DNA of 63,168 bases, filler included, from Porpidia crustulata (taxonomy: Eukaryota): assembly GCA_964255105.1 (NCBI GenBank). It is 5 parts of 5 records of this genome, joined end to end, with 100 filler letters (N's around TTAATTAATTAA, not from the genome) between each part and the next. Parts side by side here need not be neighbours in the genome. Positions count along the whole stretch, not along the records: positions 50,627 to 63,168 come from CAXUWE010000518.1; 4 more parts are not named here. One strand, 5' to 3'. Below the pieces are notes generated by a model that searched no databases, was not told the DNA's origin, and was given only the letters and a program-made list of their open reading frames with translations. Made by a program: the position numbers and the translations under genes. This document shows positions 50,666 through 63,168 of the stretch, piece after piece. Positions within the stretch are counted from its first letter, which is position 1. Each line of letters opens with the position of its first letter.

Positions 50666-52675
50666 CTCGGCGCAGAGCTGGAAGTAGGTGGCGACGATGG
50701 TGACTTCGACGACGGTGACGATGCATACCAAACTCACGACGCTCAAGAATCCAAAGACGTAGTAGTATCCGCTTTTGTCTTGCCATAGACTTCTGAACAC
50801 AAATAGCAATTCAATGAAAATGACGGCAAATGGGACGAGGCCCGCAAGTAATATACTGTATATGCTTCTGGTGTACCAGGACTGCGTGGGGATCTGGCGG
50901 GGTATGTTGTTGGTTTTCGTAGGATGCTCATACGGCTGGCTGCGATGAAAGCCGTACCAATTACCGACATAGACCAGAGGCAATTGGATGAAGAGCCAGA
51001 GGGCGAGCAGACCTATCAGGGTCCCAAAGGGGAGGGCGGTGCTGGAGGCTTGGGCCCACACGAAGAGATTGAGGATGAACATCGTGATGAAGAGGAGGCC
51101 GGGAAAGAGGAGAGCGGTCTGCTCGTATGTCAGCTAGGATTTTGGGACCACAAGGAGAGAGACCTTGCCATCAAGGTGTTCTTCCTCCAATTCATGCCAC
51201 CAAACGTCTTATACACTCTTCCGGAGAAGTAACCAGAGAATATGCCTGCAAATACAAACAGACCCATACCCACACTAACAAATCCTCCTCGGAAGCTGGG
51301 ATTGAGTATGCCCAGACAGCTGAGCACAAGAAGCCCTGTAGACATGAAGACGAGTTGCATTCCCGAGCCGATCAAAGGGGCAAGGAAGCCTGCGTAGGGT
51401 GGAGCACGGAAGACGTCCCCGTGAAGGAGCTTCCAGCCAGTAATGTCCTCGATAAATTCATCGTCGGAAGAAACATCTCCGTCATTATCTGCGTCGCCTT
51501 TTTGTTCCAAAAGGCCAGGGCCTTTCTCTCTCATGCGTGGAGATCTGTTTCCAGTCTTCATTTTCCGCTTCGGATTCATCTTTCCCTCCTCTTCCTTGAA
51601 GCGACCCTTTCCATCCATAGAGAAGGTCCGATTGAGGATCATTACCACGACGGCTGTAAGGAGGCCACAGATCACGAGTGAATTTCCAATAGCCAGCCAA
51701 TGGATGCTTGTGCTCTCTTTCTGATTGTTGAAGTACATATCCCACCTCCTTGACCAGTCAATTCGTTCATCTTCGCGAAAGTAGACCGAGTATGAGAATG
51801 GAATGGTCAGAGTTGAACCATCATCGACATCGTCTTCTTCCGGGATATATGATGAATGAGGATATTTGTTGGCGAGGTTCGTGGCATTTTGCCCAATGTA
51901 TATTTCCATGCCTTCACTATCCCCATGAATATCCTGAGGGCAGCTCGTACCGTCCCGATGCCCAGCCTCAACGCTTTTGGTGTAGACCTCAAATCCTACG
52001 ATGACCTTGCCTCCGTCATCGCCTGCACGCCCCGGTGCCTTTCGCCACCTTATCACAATTGTGACGTGGTTGTTTATAAAGTATCTCGGTTTTCCCGTGA
52101 CTGGCGAAATGTCTTTGTAGCCCAATTTGAATCCTGCCGCATAGTACTTATGTGACTTATCGACCGTCACAAAGCTCGTCGCCCCCGGCAAATTGTCAAC
52201 AATCCACTCAGCCACGTAGCCATCCTCAATGAGCTGCTGGGCCCGCTTGACACCTTTCCGGTCTGTAATATGGCTACACAAAAATTGACATTCCTGATCT
52301 TGTCCCATGGCAAGGTCGTAGTCCGAGGTCATTATCCTGTCACCACGAAGGACCTCCCCGAGGTTGAGAGACACGCCTCGACCACTGGCATGTCCAGCGT
52401 GCTTCTGACCTGTAGCGGGGCAAACGAATGGGAGATCGTAGTACGCATACTGTAATTGAGTATTGTCGGAGTAAACCTTGTTAACGTGTAGTGGTATAGC
52501 TTCGTTTTCAACATAGGTTCTGATCGACCATCCTATCACAACAAAGTGTCAATGATGTTATAAACATTCGTATCGACATTCAAAGCGTACCTGGTATGTA
52601 AAACGCCTGAATGGAGCTTATCGTAGTCGCAACCGCCAGGAGCCTGCCAAATCTATTCCGGAAATCGGCATGCAT
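50666..52675 (-). CDS. Nonaspanin (TM9SF/EMP70 family), 3' end truncated
   Basis: Signal peptide ending AFYIPG|WSI, NLGEVLRGDRI, IHWLAIGNS, GWKLLHGDVFR, PRQIP, TYFQLCAE| then intron running into the contig edge. Confidence 0.93.
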
Positions 52676-53678
52676 CCTGCCCGGGGACAACAGCAATAAT
52701 CACAGCGATGATCGAAATTGGTCAAAAGGTACGGTACTGCCTTGCCTCGGTTGAGGCTTGCTTCCGTGAAGGTGAACTTTCACTTGTTTTGTTGCTATAG
52801 CGAGTGACTACCTGGTTGACCTTGGGTAGACAACTCTTCAGTACTTGTCAACGCCAGGTCATTGAGCTACAACGAGCGTAAGCGGTACAGAGTACCTTGA
52901 CAAGTAACGGATGGCGATGAGAGCGAAGGTCGATCGCTCGATGCAAGACAAAGATCGCAGATGGTGAAAAATTACTTGAAGACCTTGGATTTCTTGACAA
53001 ATCGGGAATGTGATAGCGGGCCGGTCACTAGCGCTGTTTTGGAGATACTTACCCGTTTTCTGGTTAAAGAGCAAAGGCGAACGTCAAAGCTGTCTCGTGC
53101 CGGTGATCTTAGGTGTAGACTGAAGATAGTGAAGCTTGTGATGATAGCAAAGTTCAACTACATGAAAATGAAACTGATAACGTCGATTTCTGCAAGGTTT
53201 CGATAACGCCTTTCTCTGATTGCTAGGTAGTTATATAACTTTAGATAGCCGATTGCTGCATGTCACTTCGGCTCAGCCACCATGACCTGCGCAGACTACA
53301 CTCATCTTCCCAGACTCCTCCTGTTATGCTATTCATGAGTATCTATCAGGTACAAGTCATATTGCTACTCGACCTACAATGGAATTGCCAGACAAAGGCT
53401 TTTTGCACGCGTTGATAACACAAAGCACCGAGTTCTTTCACTGTCACAATAGCTTTGTTCTTGCATTCGGTATTAGAAGAGGGTTTGGACGTACGGGTCT
53501 TCAGACAGTAGGAGTTTAGACAATCGAGAAAGTGTGTGTTATAAGCCTTCGAACATATTCCTTGATCTCTTCCTTCCAATCTTCTGTCTCAAAACTCCCA
53601 ACGATCCACCGGTTCCGTCCATTCCAAGGCAATATCCTCGAATCTAACAGCCAAGATCCTTGATCCTTTGTTGACGCA

Positions 53679-54374
53679 ATGGAGAACTCGCGGAGGTTTA
53701 CACACAGTACCGCAATGTACCCTGCGCATGATGAAGATCCTCAGATGGAGCTCGTGCCCGAGCCACTCTTCGCCGGTGGAGTCTCAGAGTTCCGAACCAG
53801 TCAAGAGTGTCTAGACAATACCATGGGCGACATTGATACGTACATGGACTCTTTCCAGCACGACATCTCTGAGCTTCAAATAATGGAAGAAGCCAAACAC
53901 CCATCCAAGGACATTAGATCGATAGCGGAAGAGGAGACTGCCAGCCCACCGTCGAGATCACATGATTTGCAGAAGCCGATCAATAATAAGCTTGCCATCG
54001 TCAAGAGAAGTACTCCAGAGTCTACAGTTCCCAACCCTCTGGTCGTGCGAAAGACTTGCGTAAAGCGGGCAGAACAAGATAAGTCCTCCACCGTACCGTC
54101 ACCCAGCACTAACACTGTGCAAAGCCAAAATCCAGCTGTTGCTCAATCAAGACCACAAAATCAAATTTCGAGGGCGCAAGCCCCGAGATGGTCGGTTGCT
54201 GGCTTAAGCCGAATCGATCTCCCACCCCGGCGCCGTATGGACGTGGGCAGCTCTGGTGCCAGTACTGTGGTCGATTACCAGATCCACCAACAGCTGGCGC
54301 AGTACGAATTTTCTTCGGACCCTGTATCTCCCAAAACCCCACCGATCAGCCCGAAGACGCAGTACTTCAAATGA
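53679..54374 (+). CDS. Hypothetical, probably disordered protein
   Basis: 231-codon ATG ORF after a pyrimidine-rich leader; no recognisable domain. A possible short terminal intron near 54362 could alter the end. Confidence 0.5.
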   Translation: MENSRRFTHSTAMYPAHDEDPQMELVPEPLFAGGVSEFRTSQECLDNTMGDIDTYMDSFQHDISELQIMEEAKHPSKDIRSIAEEETASPPSRSHDLQKPINNKLAIVKRSTPESTVPNPLVVRKTCVKRAEQDKSSTVPSPSTNTVQSQNPAVAQSRPQNQISRAQAPRWSVAGLSRIDLPPRRRMDVGSSGASTVVDYQIHQQLAQYEFSSDPVSPKTPPISPKTQYFK

Positions 54375-55567
54375 GCGAGTAGAGGAAGATGACTGACAGA
54401 TCAAGGTTAAGGGCAAGGTGGTCCTTTGTAAGCGAAACCGATAGATAAAATAGACTTCAAAATATTAGATCAAAGGCGAAATCCACTGCATACATGATGT
54501 TTGTGAACACAGCAAGAATATAGAAGACGGGGATGAAAGCATAGTGAAGGAATGACGTGAGAGAATTGATGGAAATCAGCTGCTTGAGGGTAGCCATGCC
54601 CACTTAATGTTGCATCTCGACCAAGCATGTAGATAGGACCTGGTATCTTAGTCTTTTCACGACCAGGAATCGATAGACGCAGAACCCTATACTCTATATA
54701 GTAGTGCGACAACATTCACTAGAAGCCTAGAACACGGAAATCCTCGTACTCAAGAACGACAAAGGAGTATCCCGAACGACTGAGAAGACGCTGATACTTC
54801 GTGTGCGAGAACGCGTCTGGTTTGGAGTGTCAATGCCACATACGAGTAGTTTTCTGGATGAACGAAATCTTTGAACTGAGAAAAAATGTGAACGATCAAA
54901 AGATTGTTTAAGCGGTCTAAAGATTAGCATATCTGTTGCAGATGTCTATACATACATATGCAATTGAAATATTACTGAATTTCGATGATGATAAAGCTGA
55001 TAATGGATTAAGTAGATTAGGTCTGTGGGTTGGTTACACAGCAGCGTTAGTCAATTAATACAATTCATCATGGTTCAAAGACTTTCAACGATACGAGCAT
55101 CTTCAACGAACTTATCCTGAGCGCAGAATCCCGAAAACGACTTACAAGCATGGCAAGATGAATATTGAGCTCGCTGTTGCTTTCAGCGTAACTCATCGTG
55201 TTTCGAGTGAGAACTATTCTACTGTACGAATGGAATGTCAGCGCTCACTGCTGCACTGGGTGAAAACTGCTCGAACACGCTTCTATGTTCATAATTGCAG
55301 TTGAACGTCGATATTTTACAACAGCATGTTGACGATTAGTTTCTGGTCTGTGTCGACAGCGAGCTTTGGTCTCGCTGTGCCGCTTCAAATCCCTGCACTC
55401 ATCTCACGGTAAAATAGGTTGGCGTTGGCGTTTTGCAGGGAAATAAGTTTTGTTCTAGACTGCTGCCTAAATGAAACTATCTGGTTTCGGAATGAAGTAA
55501 AATATAGGGTTTCATTACTTTCGCGACTCTTTCCTATGATATTTGTGTAGCGTCACGTCGTCATTTG

Positions 55568-57583
55568 ATGATGAGCAATATCTCGGTCTCAATTCCCTTG
55601 GCGAACGCTTCCGCAACGCTCGATCAATTCTACTGCCAAAACACCCGAGACGACAAACTCAGCTGTCTATCCTTAACGCAATTTGCGACAAGCAATTTCG
55701 ATCAACTATGTCCGTCGGGCAACTGCCTGGAGGCATGCGAGGATCTGGAACGTCTTTACGGGGTCATTCCGCCTGGGATGCAGGTACAAGCAGACAACTT
55801 TGGCCTCCCTACCAAAATCCCTGATATGATCACATTGTACGGAATTTGTCTGGGGTATGCAAACGTCTCCCGAGCGCTGGACGGCGGATTCGTCCCGCAA
55901 AAAGAGGCTGGAGCGCTTCGTCCGTTATTCCCATCGAACGCAGAGGACGACCTGCAAAAGGTCAGCAATAGTGCTTCTAAGTGCCTGTCGGAAACGTGCG
56001 AGAAGTCGGCAAACCGGTCGGGCTGTGCTTGGCACTGCTCGCCGACGCAACTCCTGCTCAACAGCACAACGCCGAGACTGTCTGGGCCATATCAATGCTT
56101 GAAAACCATCTGTAAGGGCGGTGCCGGTCTTCCGTTTGCCAACCAGGACGTGGTGGGAGTTGGTGTAGGTTGTCTCTTCGCATCCGCCGAGAACGTGGAA
56201 GTATGCCCGCTCCAGGACTGACGATTGACAGGTTACCGCATCCTACGCTATTCAGAGTGCCCTTGTCTTGTTTACCTGGCTCGGACTGGCCATCGCGTCA
56301 ACGATATCCTTCTATCGGCCCACACATTCAGTATCAGCCGAAAGGGCCAAGGACGTCTTTTTAGAAAGCTTGAACGGTTTCCTGCAGGCACAATGCTATT
56401 TCAGCATCCCGATTGCAGTGAGCACCTTGATCACCGACCCCTTCCATCTGGACGCAATCAACGGCTTTGGATTCCTTCCAGTCGCGATCAATGGGTTCTT
56501 ACCCCAGACGTTCACATTATTGCAGCTGCATCGGAACAAGCGATTTTCGTGGTATATCTCCGGCTTAACCTTCCTCAGCTGGCTGCTGTCGACTATCAAC
56601 TTCTGGGCCATCATCAAATACCTTAGCATCGAACGTATTGGGACTCGAGACGCCGAGTTCCGCTCCCTCTCACAGATCGAGTCCTGCGGCAGCCTAAACG
56701 CCCTGACCCTGTGTGCTCAAGCCCAAGGAGTCTCGCCCATTGGCTGGCTCTTCTATACCAAACTCAAATCCACTGCTTTCGGCGCCTCTCTCCTTTTCGG
56801 CGCCACCACTATTGGTACCCTGATTGTCCCCACCATCTGGGTCTTCTGCACTGCCAATCTACTTCTCCTTCTTGGTCACCAGTGCCTCGGGAGCACTGGC
56901 CTCAAGGTCTTTCATTCGCGTGGCCATGCTCCGCCTCGCCTATCTACGCAACGTTCCCGTAAAGAAGGACTACTCTTTAAGATCCGCCATCTGTTCACCA
57001 ATCCATGGACCGCGACAGCTGGCTTCTACGTCGCCTCGGGCATGTACTTCCTTTGCATCATTTATCAGGGTCTGCTCTATTACAATTACCTTGCTCTCGA
57101 CCTTGTCGACCTCTCCGGCTGGTCCTTTGGCCAGATCATTGCCATTACTGTCTGGATCCCCGTCATTTCAGATTACCTGCACCTGCAATTCAGTAAGTTC
57201 ACCCCTTTCTTCTCTCCGCTCTGCCGGCAAAATCAAAGAGGCAGACAAGGGTTGACCACCCATTAGAAGAGTCCGCACCCCTCCTCGCCACGGTTCTCCG
57301 TCGTAGCAACGACAAATCGGAGACCCATCTCCCGTTAACTGCCCCAGAGCCCTTCTCACACCCCCACGATGGCCATGCGTATGAGCGCATGCAAGATTCG
57401 CCGCCACAGCAGCAACAGTACCAGGGCATCGGTGGCCGCAGAAGCTTTGATGATCGCGATGAGAATTACGACGGGGATATTGAGGATCCTAGGGAGAGAA
57501 ATTCGACATCGGCTCTCGAGCAACGAGAGACTGGGGTGGAGATGCGGAGCATACCTACTAGCCGGACGGGGAAGAGGGAATGA
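55568..57583 (+). CDS. Multi-TM membrane protein with Cys-rich N-terminal domain
   Basis: ORFs 55565, 56268 and 57389 join via two GT-AG introns: ...NQDVVGVG|VTASYAIQ...FLQAQCYFSIPIA...WSFGQIIAITVWIP...QF|KESAP...*. Confidence 0.78.
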
Positions 57584-59244
57584 TGCGGCGTCATGTCAAT
57601 CGGCTTACCAGGATCTTTTCCAGACTTGTAAACGGCAATCTAAAGTGAAATGAGGTATTGATCATAGCGTAACTCTACAAATGTGTAGACCCAGAAGGCT
57701 GACTTGAGAAATGATTTAGGGTTTCGTATATATTTCCAGAATATTTTGCCGCTCAAGGAATAACAGGGCGCTCCCGTAAAGAGTGACTAGGGCACCAACG
57801 ACATGGAGGTTTAGAAGTCCATAGAAGCGTACGGAAACATTCACAGATATATTCACAGAGATCTGGGGAAGATATGTAAGATGATCATGCTAACGACGGT
57901 CTTCCTACTTGCATGGCGCAGGAGGAGGTCGCTGGATCACATAATGCAGTTCCCTATCTGATCTAGTGCCCTCTGCGAATTCTGTACAACCATATGATTG
58001 CTGAAACAACATGTCTATGCTACGCGGATGGCTCAATATGAAATAAGGATGGTCCCATCGACCGATTAGATTTGATGTGGCTGAAAAGGGTAAATTCCGA
58101 GATGAACGCTGTTTGACGTTGAGAAAGGGAAGATCACAATTTGATTATGAGGAACCGAACCGAATCGATATCAGGCCTCTCAATGCAAGTTTTTAAGTGG
58201 GCTTGGGCGGGAGAGTCAGGAGTTAAGTACAATCTCTCAGCCCTAAGGCGTGCCACAATTAGCCACAAGGGCGGAAAAGACGGGGAGGCGGCCGCCGATG
58301 GCTGAGTCACCAGCAAACATCGAGAAATGTCTGCAAATAGATGCCCCTAACTCAGCCTTAGTCTCACGACCAAAGGGACACCATCAGAACACTGAGAGTA
58401 CTCATCATTGCGCGAGCCACCACCATGATCACGTCCAAGCTTCAAATGCTCTGCTCGTGTAACCTGTAAGCCATACCGAGGCACCAGAAATTCCAGATTA
58501 TACCACACGGTCGGACTGCACATCTGTACTTGTGGCGCCGCTGATGAGGTTGCAGTGCCACGTTGCTTCTATTCGGGATATTACGAGCGACATTACGGGG
58601 TGCTCTCCTTCTTTACGAGGAAGACGAGCTCCTGATTACTCTCACTCCATATGACTACTATGGCTGTGACAGATTGACAGGTTGAACTCAACACTAGACT
58701 CTGCCCTTAAGGCCTCCTTGGGCAATCTCCGCCACACCGTTATGCTCTCGTGCTAGTCACCTAGTCATCTCACCCTTCTTGGCTCTCGCTTTCGGGCTGC
58801 TAACTTGCTAAGGCAAACCTTGATCAAACAGCTATGCCGCTTCCATCGCGATTTTGGTTGTTGGGAATTTGTCCTGGCCAATGCGGCTGACCAAGCTGAC
58901 GTTCTCACGCCAAGTTGGACCCGTAAGAGACCGTGAAGGGAATCGTTGGATCGTATGTTTCGCCCATGCACCGCCTGCGCTAGGGATATCGCCGTGTGAT
59001 GAGATATTGTCAGCTCCACACCACAACGATAGGTAATAGTAATCCTCGAGGCCTTTCCTTAGTCCTACACTATAAGATCTACAGCCTTTCCTTATATTCT
59101 ACCTTTCGGTATTCAGCAATTTTTCCAATTTTCAGCGTTTCTTTTTTCCCTACTTCCTATACCGGACACTCGTTTGATCCCTGACTGCAAATCATTTTTA
59201 TCATCTTTTGTCTAACCATTTCAAACTTCTCAATAAACCTCATC

Positions 59245-60387
59245 ATGCATTCGTCCCTCGCTCTTGTTGTTACTGCATTGGCCGCATCTGCATCTGCTTT
59301 GGGTGTCCGAGCTGTACCTTACGGTTATCTTCCCCCATTCAGTCAGCCATATGGCGCTGCCCCAGTTGGCCCTGTTGTCTACAGCACCGGTCTTGTCCCC
59401 ACAGGTGGTAGCCCCATGCCCACAGGCAAGGGGCCCCACAAACCTACTGGTACTGGTGTTCCCCTTCCTCCTGGGACTGGTCCTATAGGTACCGGGAAAG
59501 GTCCAATCGGTACTGGTGGAAAGGCTCCAATTGGCACCGGCAAGGCTCCTATTGGTAGTGGTTCGGGGATTGTTGGTCCTACTGGGACTGGGTCGGGCGG
59601 ATCCCCACCCGGTATCACTCCTCCCGCTGGTCCCATCACCACCACGATATTCGGCTCTGGCACGACAACAGTCACATCCACGATCATCGGCACCACCACC
59701 TTTGTCTCAACCATCACAAAGTTTGTACCTTGCTCTACGCCTGTTGCCACCTCGGCTCAATCGACTTACTACTCCACCTTCCTGACCGCCTCATTCTCGA
59801 CTACCACAGTCACATCATTGACGACCAAGATTCAGGTTATTTGCCCCAGCACAGTAGCCGGCAGTCAAGCGACTGGAGTTGCAGGCTCAGGCTCAGGCTC
59901 AGGTTCGGGCTCGAGCAGTTCGGAATCTAATAGCCCAGTCAACAAGGATAATTCCAACTCTGGCTCAGGATCATCAGGTTCCAACAGCAACGGTAGCAAT
60001 GGCAGCAATGGCAGCAACGGTAGCAACGGCAGTAACGGCAGTAATGGGTCTAATGGTCAATCATACACACCAACCACCGTCTATGGCGTGCCCTCTGCCC
60101 CAACTAGCGGCACTTGCGCACCAGCCCAAACCGTATACTCGACCATGGTCATATCCGTCACCGTGACGGCTGGAAGCCCGACAACTCCTTGCACTGTTTG
60201 CCAGACCCACGTTCTCACTCTACCAAATGGCTCTCCATACACCGCCACCGTCACTCCCTCGCCCGCACCTTACCCCATTCCCGGTCAAGGCGGTTCGGGC
60301 GCCCAAGGCACCGGTTCTTCATACGTGCCTCCTGCAGGACCCAGCGCAAGTGGCACCCGCGGATATGGAAGGAAGATGTACCTATGA
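59245..60387 (+). CDS. Secreted Ser/Thr/Gly/Pro-rich cell-surface protein
   Basis: Signal peptide MHSSLALVVTALAASASA, GTGKxPI repeats, Thr-rich segments with Cys, NGS tandem array. Confidence 0.85.
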   Translation: MHSSLALVVTALAASASALGVRAVPYGYLPPFSQPYGAAPVGPVVYSTGLVPTGGSPMPTGKGPHKPTGTGVPLPPGTGPIGTGKGPIGTGGKAPIGTGKAPIGSGSGIVGPTGTGSGGSPPGITPPAGPITTTIFGSGTTTVTSTIIGTTTFVSTITKFVPCSTPVATSAQSTYYSTFLTASFSTTTVTSLTTKIQVICPSTVAGSQATGVAGSGSGSGSGSSSSESNSPVNKDNSNSGSGSSGSNSNGSNGSNGSNGSNGSNGSNGSNGQSYTPTTVYGVPSAPTSGTCAPAQTVYSTMVISVTVTAGSPTTPCTVCQTHVLTLPNGSPYTATVTPSPAPYPIPGQGGSGAQGTGSSYVPPAGPSASGTRGYGRKMYL

Positions 60388-62248
60388 AGTGGGCGGCAAC
60401 CCCATATCGTTCGGTCGATTTGGCAAGCGAGCATTCTAGACGGCGTCTCCTTTTTCCTGTGATGGCCAACGTGCCTCATGCGAAGTGCTCATGGCTATGA
60501 GCTTGGAATTGTACTTTGCTTTTCTCTCAATTCGTACCTTGAGAGGTTTTTTTTATAGAAAATTATCGACCATTTTGTGATTACTATTGCCTCAAAGAGA
60601 CGGAGTGAAATGAAAGCATTCGATTGTCATAATGCCCGCCACGCTCTTGCTCAACTTCTGCACTGCGAGTAGCCCAAATTCCAATAGTGCGCCAGTTTAC
60701 CATCACCATCATCATGACCTTTCCCCACCGTCAAATGTCAATATCAATATTCGGCAGCGCCAACGTTCGAGGAAAAGAAACAACGCTCCAACGTTCCTCC
60801 GTCATCAACTTCGCACACACCAACATCCAGCCCTCTCCCTTCCATCTAATCCTTCCTCAATCGCACATGCACCAACAAATCTGACCTGGCGACGGACCAC
60901 AAGGCGACTGCAAGGCAGTCTATGCTGACCAAATTCCAACCTCACCCAACAACCAACAAACACCGAAATTCCACACGCAAAACAATCATCAAATTAAACA
61001 ATCCCTCATCAACCTGACAATCTCGGCGTCTCGCAACTGTGGCGGTGCAACCATTCATTTAAAAACCGAAACATGAAACGACCTGTCAGGATGAAATCCT
61101 ACAAGATTACAGCAAACGTGAAACATGCTCAGTGTGTTTATCTGACACACATTATCGATAGTGTTCACCATTTTCCAGTCTCTAGGAATATATTCATTCA
61201 TATTAATTGAATCAATCGTAAACATTCCTGTTGGAAGGAGCACGTCGACGGTGAGATGGCAAGGTGGATGATGGGACCAGAAGAGGAAACCATGGCGAGA
61301 GAGGAGGTGGTTTCACTCAGATTGGGTCTGCGACACGGGTGTCGGGAAGGATCTTGGAAGTTTTGTTGTTTTGAGAGGATATATCAGTCGCAGGCGGAGC
61401 TGCCAGGTGAGAATGATGCGTGAAGGCTGTATGAGAAGAGTGGTGTTTTGCTTCCGTCAATGTGGCCACAGGTGCACGATGAATATCATTATTGATGAAG
61501 ATGATCTTCTGCACTTTCATCTTGCCTATTCATCATGTTGGCATCTCAGCGCAGGGCGATATAGACGCCGCAATCCTGCCTGATCCTTCGCCCCCCTGCC
61601 AACACTTACTCTCTAGTCAAAAGGTATGTATCTTGCATGATATGATCGAGGCAAAGCTCAAGCGTGGAAAAGCTGACCAGTGGTTTCGCAGATGTATCAC
61701 TTACACCTTCCGCTACTACTTCAAATCCCACATTGCTCTCTGTCCCACTCATATCCGCTGGTCGGTGGCACTGCTATCGCGTACTAGCAAATTCCTAATT
61801 GAGTGGAGCCAATAGAGCAGGCCTACGGATATCGAGGTAGAAATGCTGGGGCATTACTTTTACATGTTCCTGGGGATTTGGGAGCTGCTGTGTGAGCTTT
61901 ATACGGTGCTGATTATTATTGTGTAAGGAGGAGTGTGGAGGGGTGGAGGTGTGCTGGGTGAAAGATGTGTTCTTTAGCAAGGTGTTTGGCGGTTGGGTCA
62001 GGTGATCATCTGATGCACGTGGGTGTTACAGTCGATTGACATTCAAATGTACATATAAAGACATCGACATTTCGGCCTTCTACAATTATGAAAGTAAGCG
62101 TCAGGAGACAATGTAACGTGTAATCCTCAGATTGATATTATTGACATGTTTTGCTCGAAAAACGTCGGTGCATTTCAGTCTTTTACGGCCTCATATCATT
62201 CCATTTAGCATCTTCTCTTCAGAATCCTGAGTAAAAAAGCCACCAACG

Positions 62249-63168
62249 ATGGCCATCTCTTCGTTGATCGACTCCATCCGAGAGCGTATGCCAGAAAGCT
62301 CGAGTCAACATGGGACTATCCTCCCAGGTATCGTCGAGGTGATCAAGACTCAATGGCATCTCGGCTTCACTGCTTTTGGCGGGCCACCCGTACACTTTCA
62401 AATAGTAGGTCTATTTCATCAAGATGATTCGACAGGCAAGAGAAACCGTACATACTCAAACACTTGCATAGTTCCATAAGCTTTTTGTAGAAAAGCATAA
62501 ATGGATCGACGAACAAATGGTACGATGCTCGACCTAGTAGATAGAAAGATAGCTCAGAAGCAAATCGCAGTACCAAGAACTCTTTGCCATTTCCCAGGCG
62601 CTGCCGGGGCCTGGAAGTACGAAAATGCTGTTTTGTATCAACAGTATGCATAGCGGCTTCGTCGTCGGAATATTCTCCTTCCTGCTCTGGAGGTGCCTCG
62701 CTCTTCCGCACCTCAGTCAAAGAAATCTCTAATCCCTTTGATAGCCTCCCCGGAGCAGTAGGCATGTACGCCCTTTCCCTCGGAATCCACAACGTCAAAA
62801 CCAGTCTTCCAGATCCCGTATACGCCCTACTATCAGGTCTCAACGCAGCCACAGTGGGAATTGTATTGCTGGCGGCGGTGCAGTTGAGCCAGAAAGCCAT
62901 CACCGATAAGCTGACGCGGCTGCTCGTATTTTTCGGCGGTGCCGCGGGAATGTTGTATACTGCACTCTGGTATTTTCCCGTCTTAATGGTCGCCGGTGGT
63001 CTTGCCACCCTCCTATGGGACCTGCGTGTACCCCATAAAGTTGCCAAACCAATCACTCATGTATTCGCCCGTCGACGGCAACGGCAGCGCAGTCCTGATG
63101 AACCCAACCAAGACATCGAGTTCAATACCTACACCACCCCTCACCAACCCAGCCCTCCAGCCCAGAAC
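62249..63168 (+). CDS. chrA: Chromate ion transporter, CHR family (3' end truncated)
   Basis: WHLGFTAFGGPPVHFQI|FHKLFVEKHKWIDEQM|YQELFAISQALPGPGSTKM...W|SLPGA...LSGLNAATVGIV. Confidence 0.9.

Noticed and set aside
60600..62000. Strongly strand-skewed C/A-rich then G/T-rich region with short ORFs
   Set aside because: No convincing coding frame, RNA fold or inverted repeat could be identified by eye.

Overview
Intron-rich DNA from a filamentous ascomycete (Pezizomycotina). It is not one locus. Five contigs (12564, 12558, 12555, 12549 and 12542 bp, i.e. sorted by length) are joined by an artificial N44-TTAATTAATTAA-N44 spacer. About 27 genes can be reconstructed by hand. Contig 1: CDC37, CLC1, RTT103-like, TLG2, calmodulin, a small membrane-protein gene with an internal TGA, MDL1-like ABC transporter. 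Contig 2: TRS33, MDH, RPL28, DUF2015-like, SF3B4/HSH49, FLX1-like carrier, TUP1. Contig 3: MSC7-like ALDH, a SesB-like lipase-ankyrin gene with two in-frame stops, a 65-aa Gly2/Cys microprotein, an F-box-like protein, a SnoaL-like protein. Contig 4: LaeA-like methyltransferase, YBT1-like ABCC, SUN-domain SLP1, NDUFA12. Contig 5: nonaspanin, an orphan ORF, a Cys-rich multi-TM protein, a secreted S/T/G/P-rich protein, a chromate transporter. The best hidden signal is a cryptic intron starting inside the last MDH codon, with tandem acceptors 4 nt apart that switch the C-terminus between -PPPK and a PTS1-like -PPPKL. Others are a NOD-less lipase-ANK immune-type gene, a spliced uORF overlapping the YBT1 start (TAATG), and a GC-AG intron. 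No rRNA, tRNA, CRISPR array or recognisable transposon was seen. Family calls come from motif recognition, not database searches.
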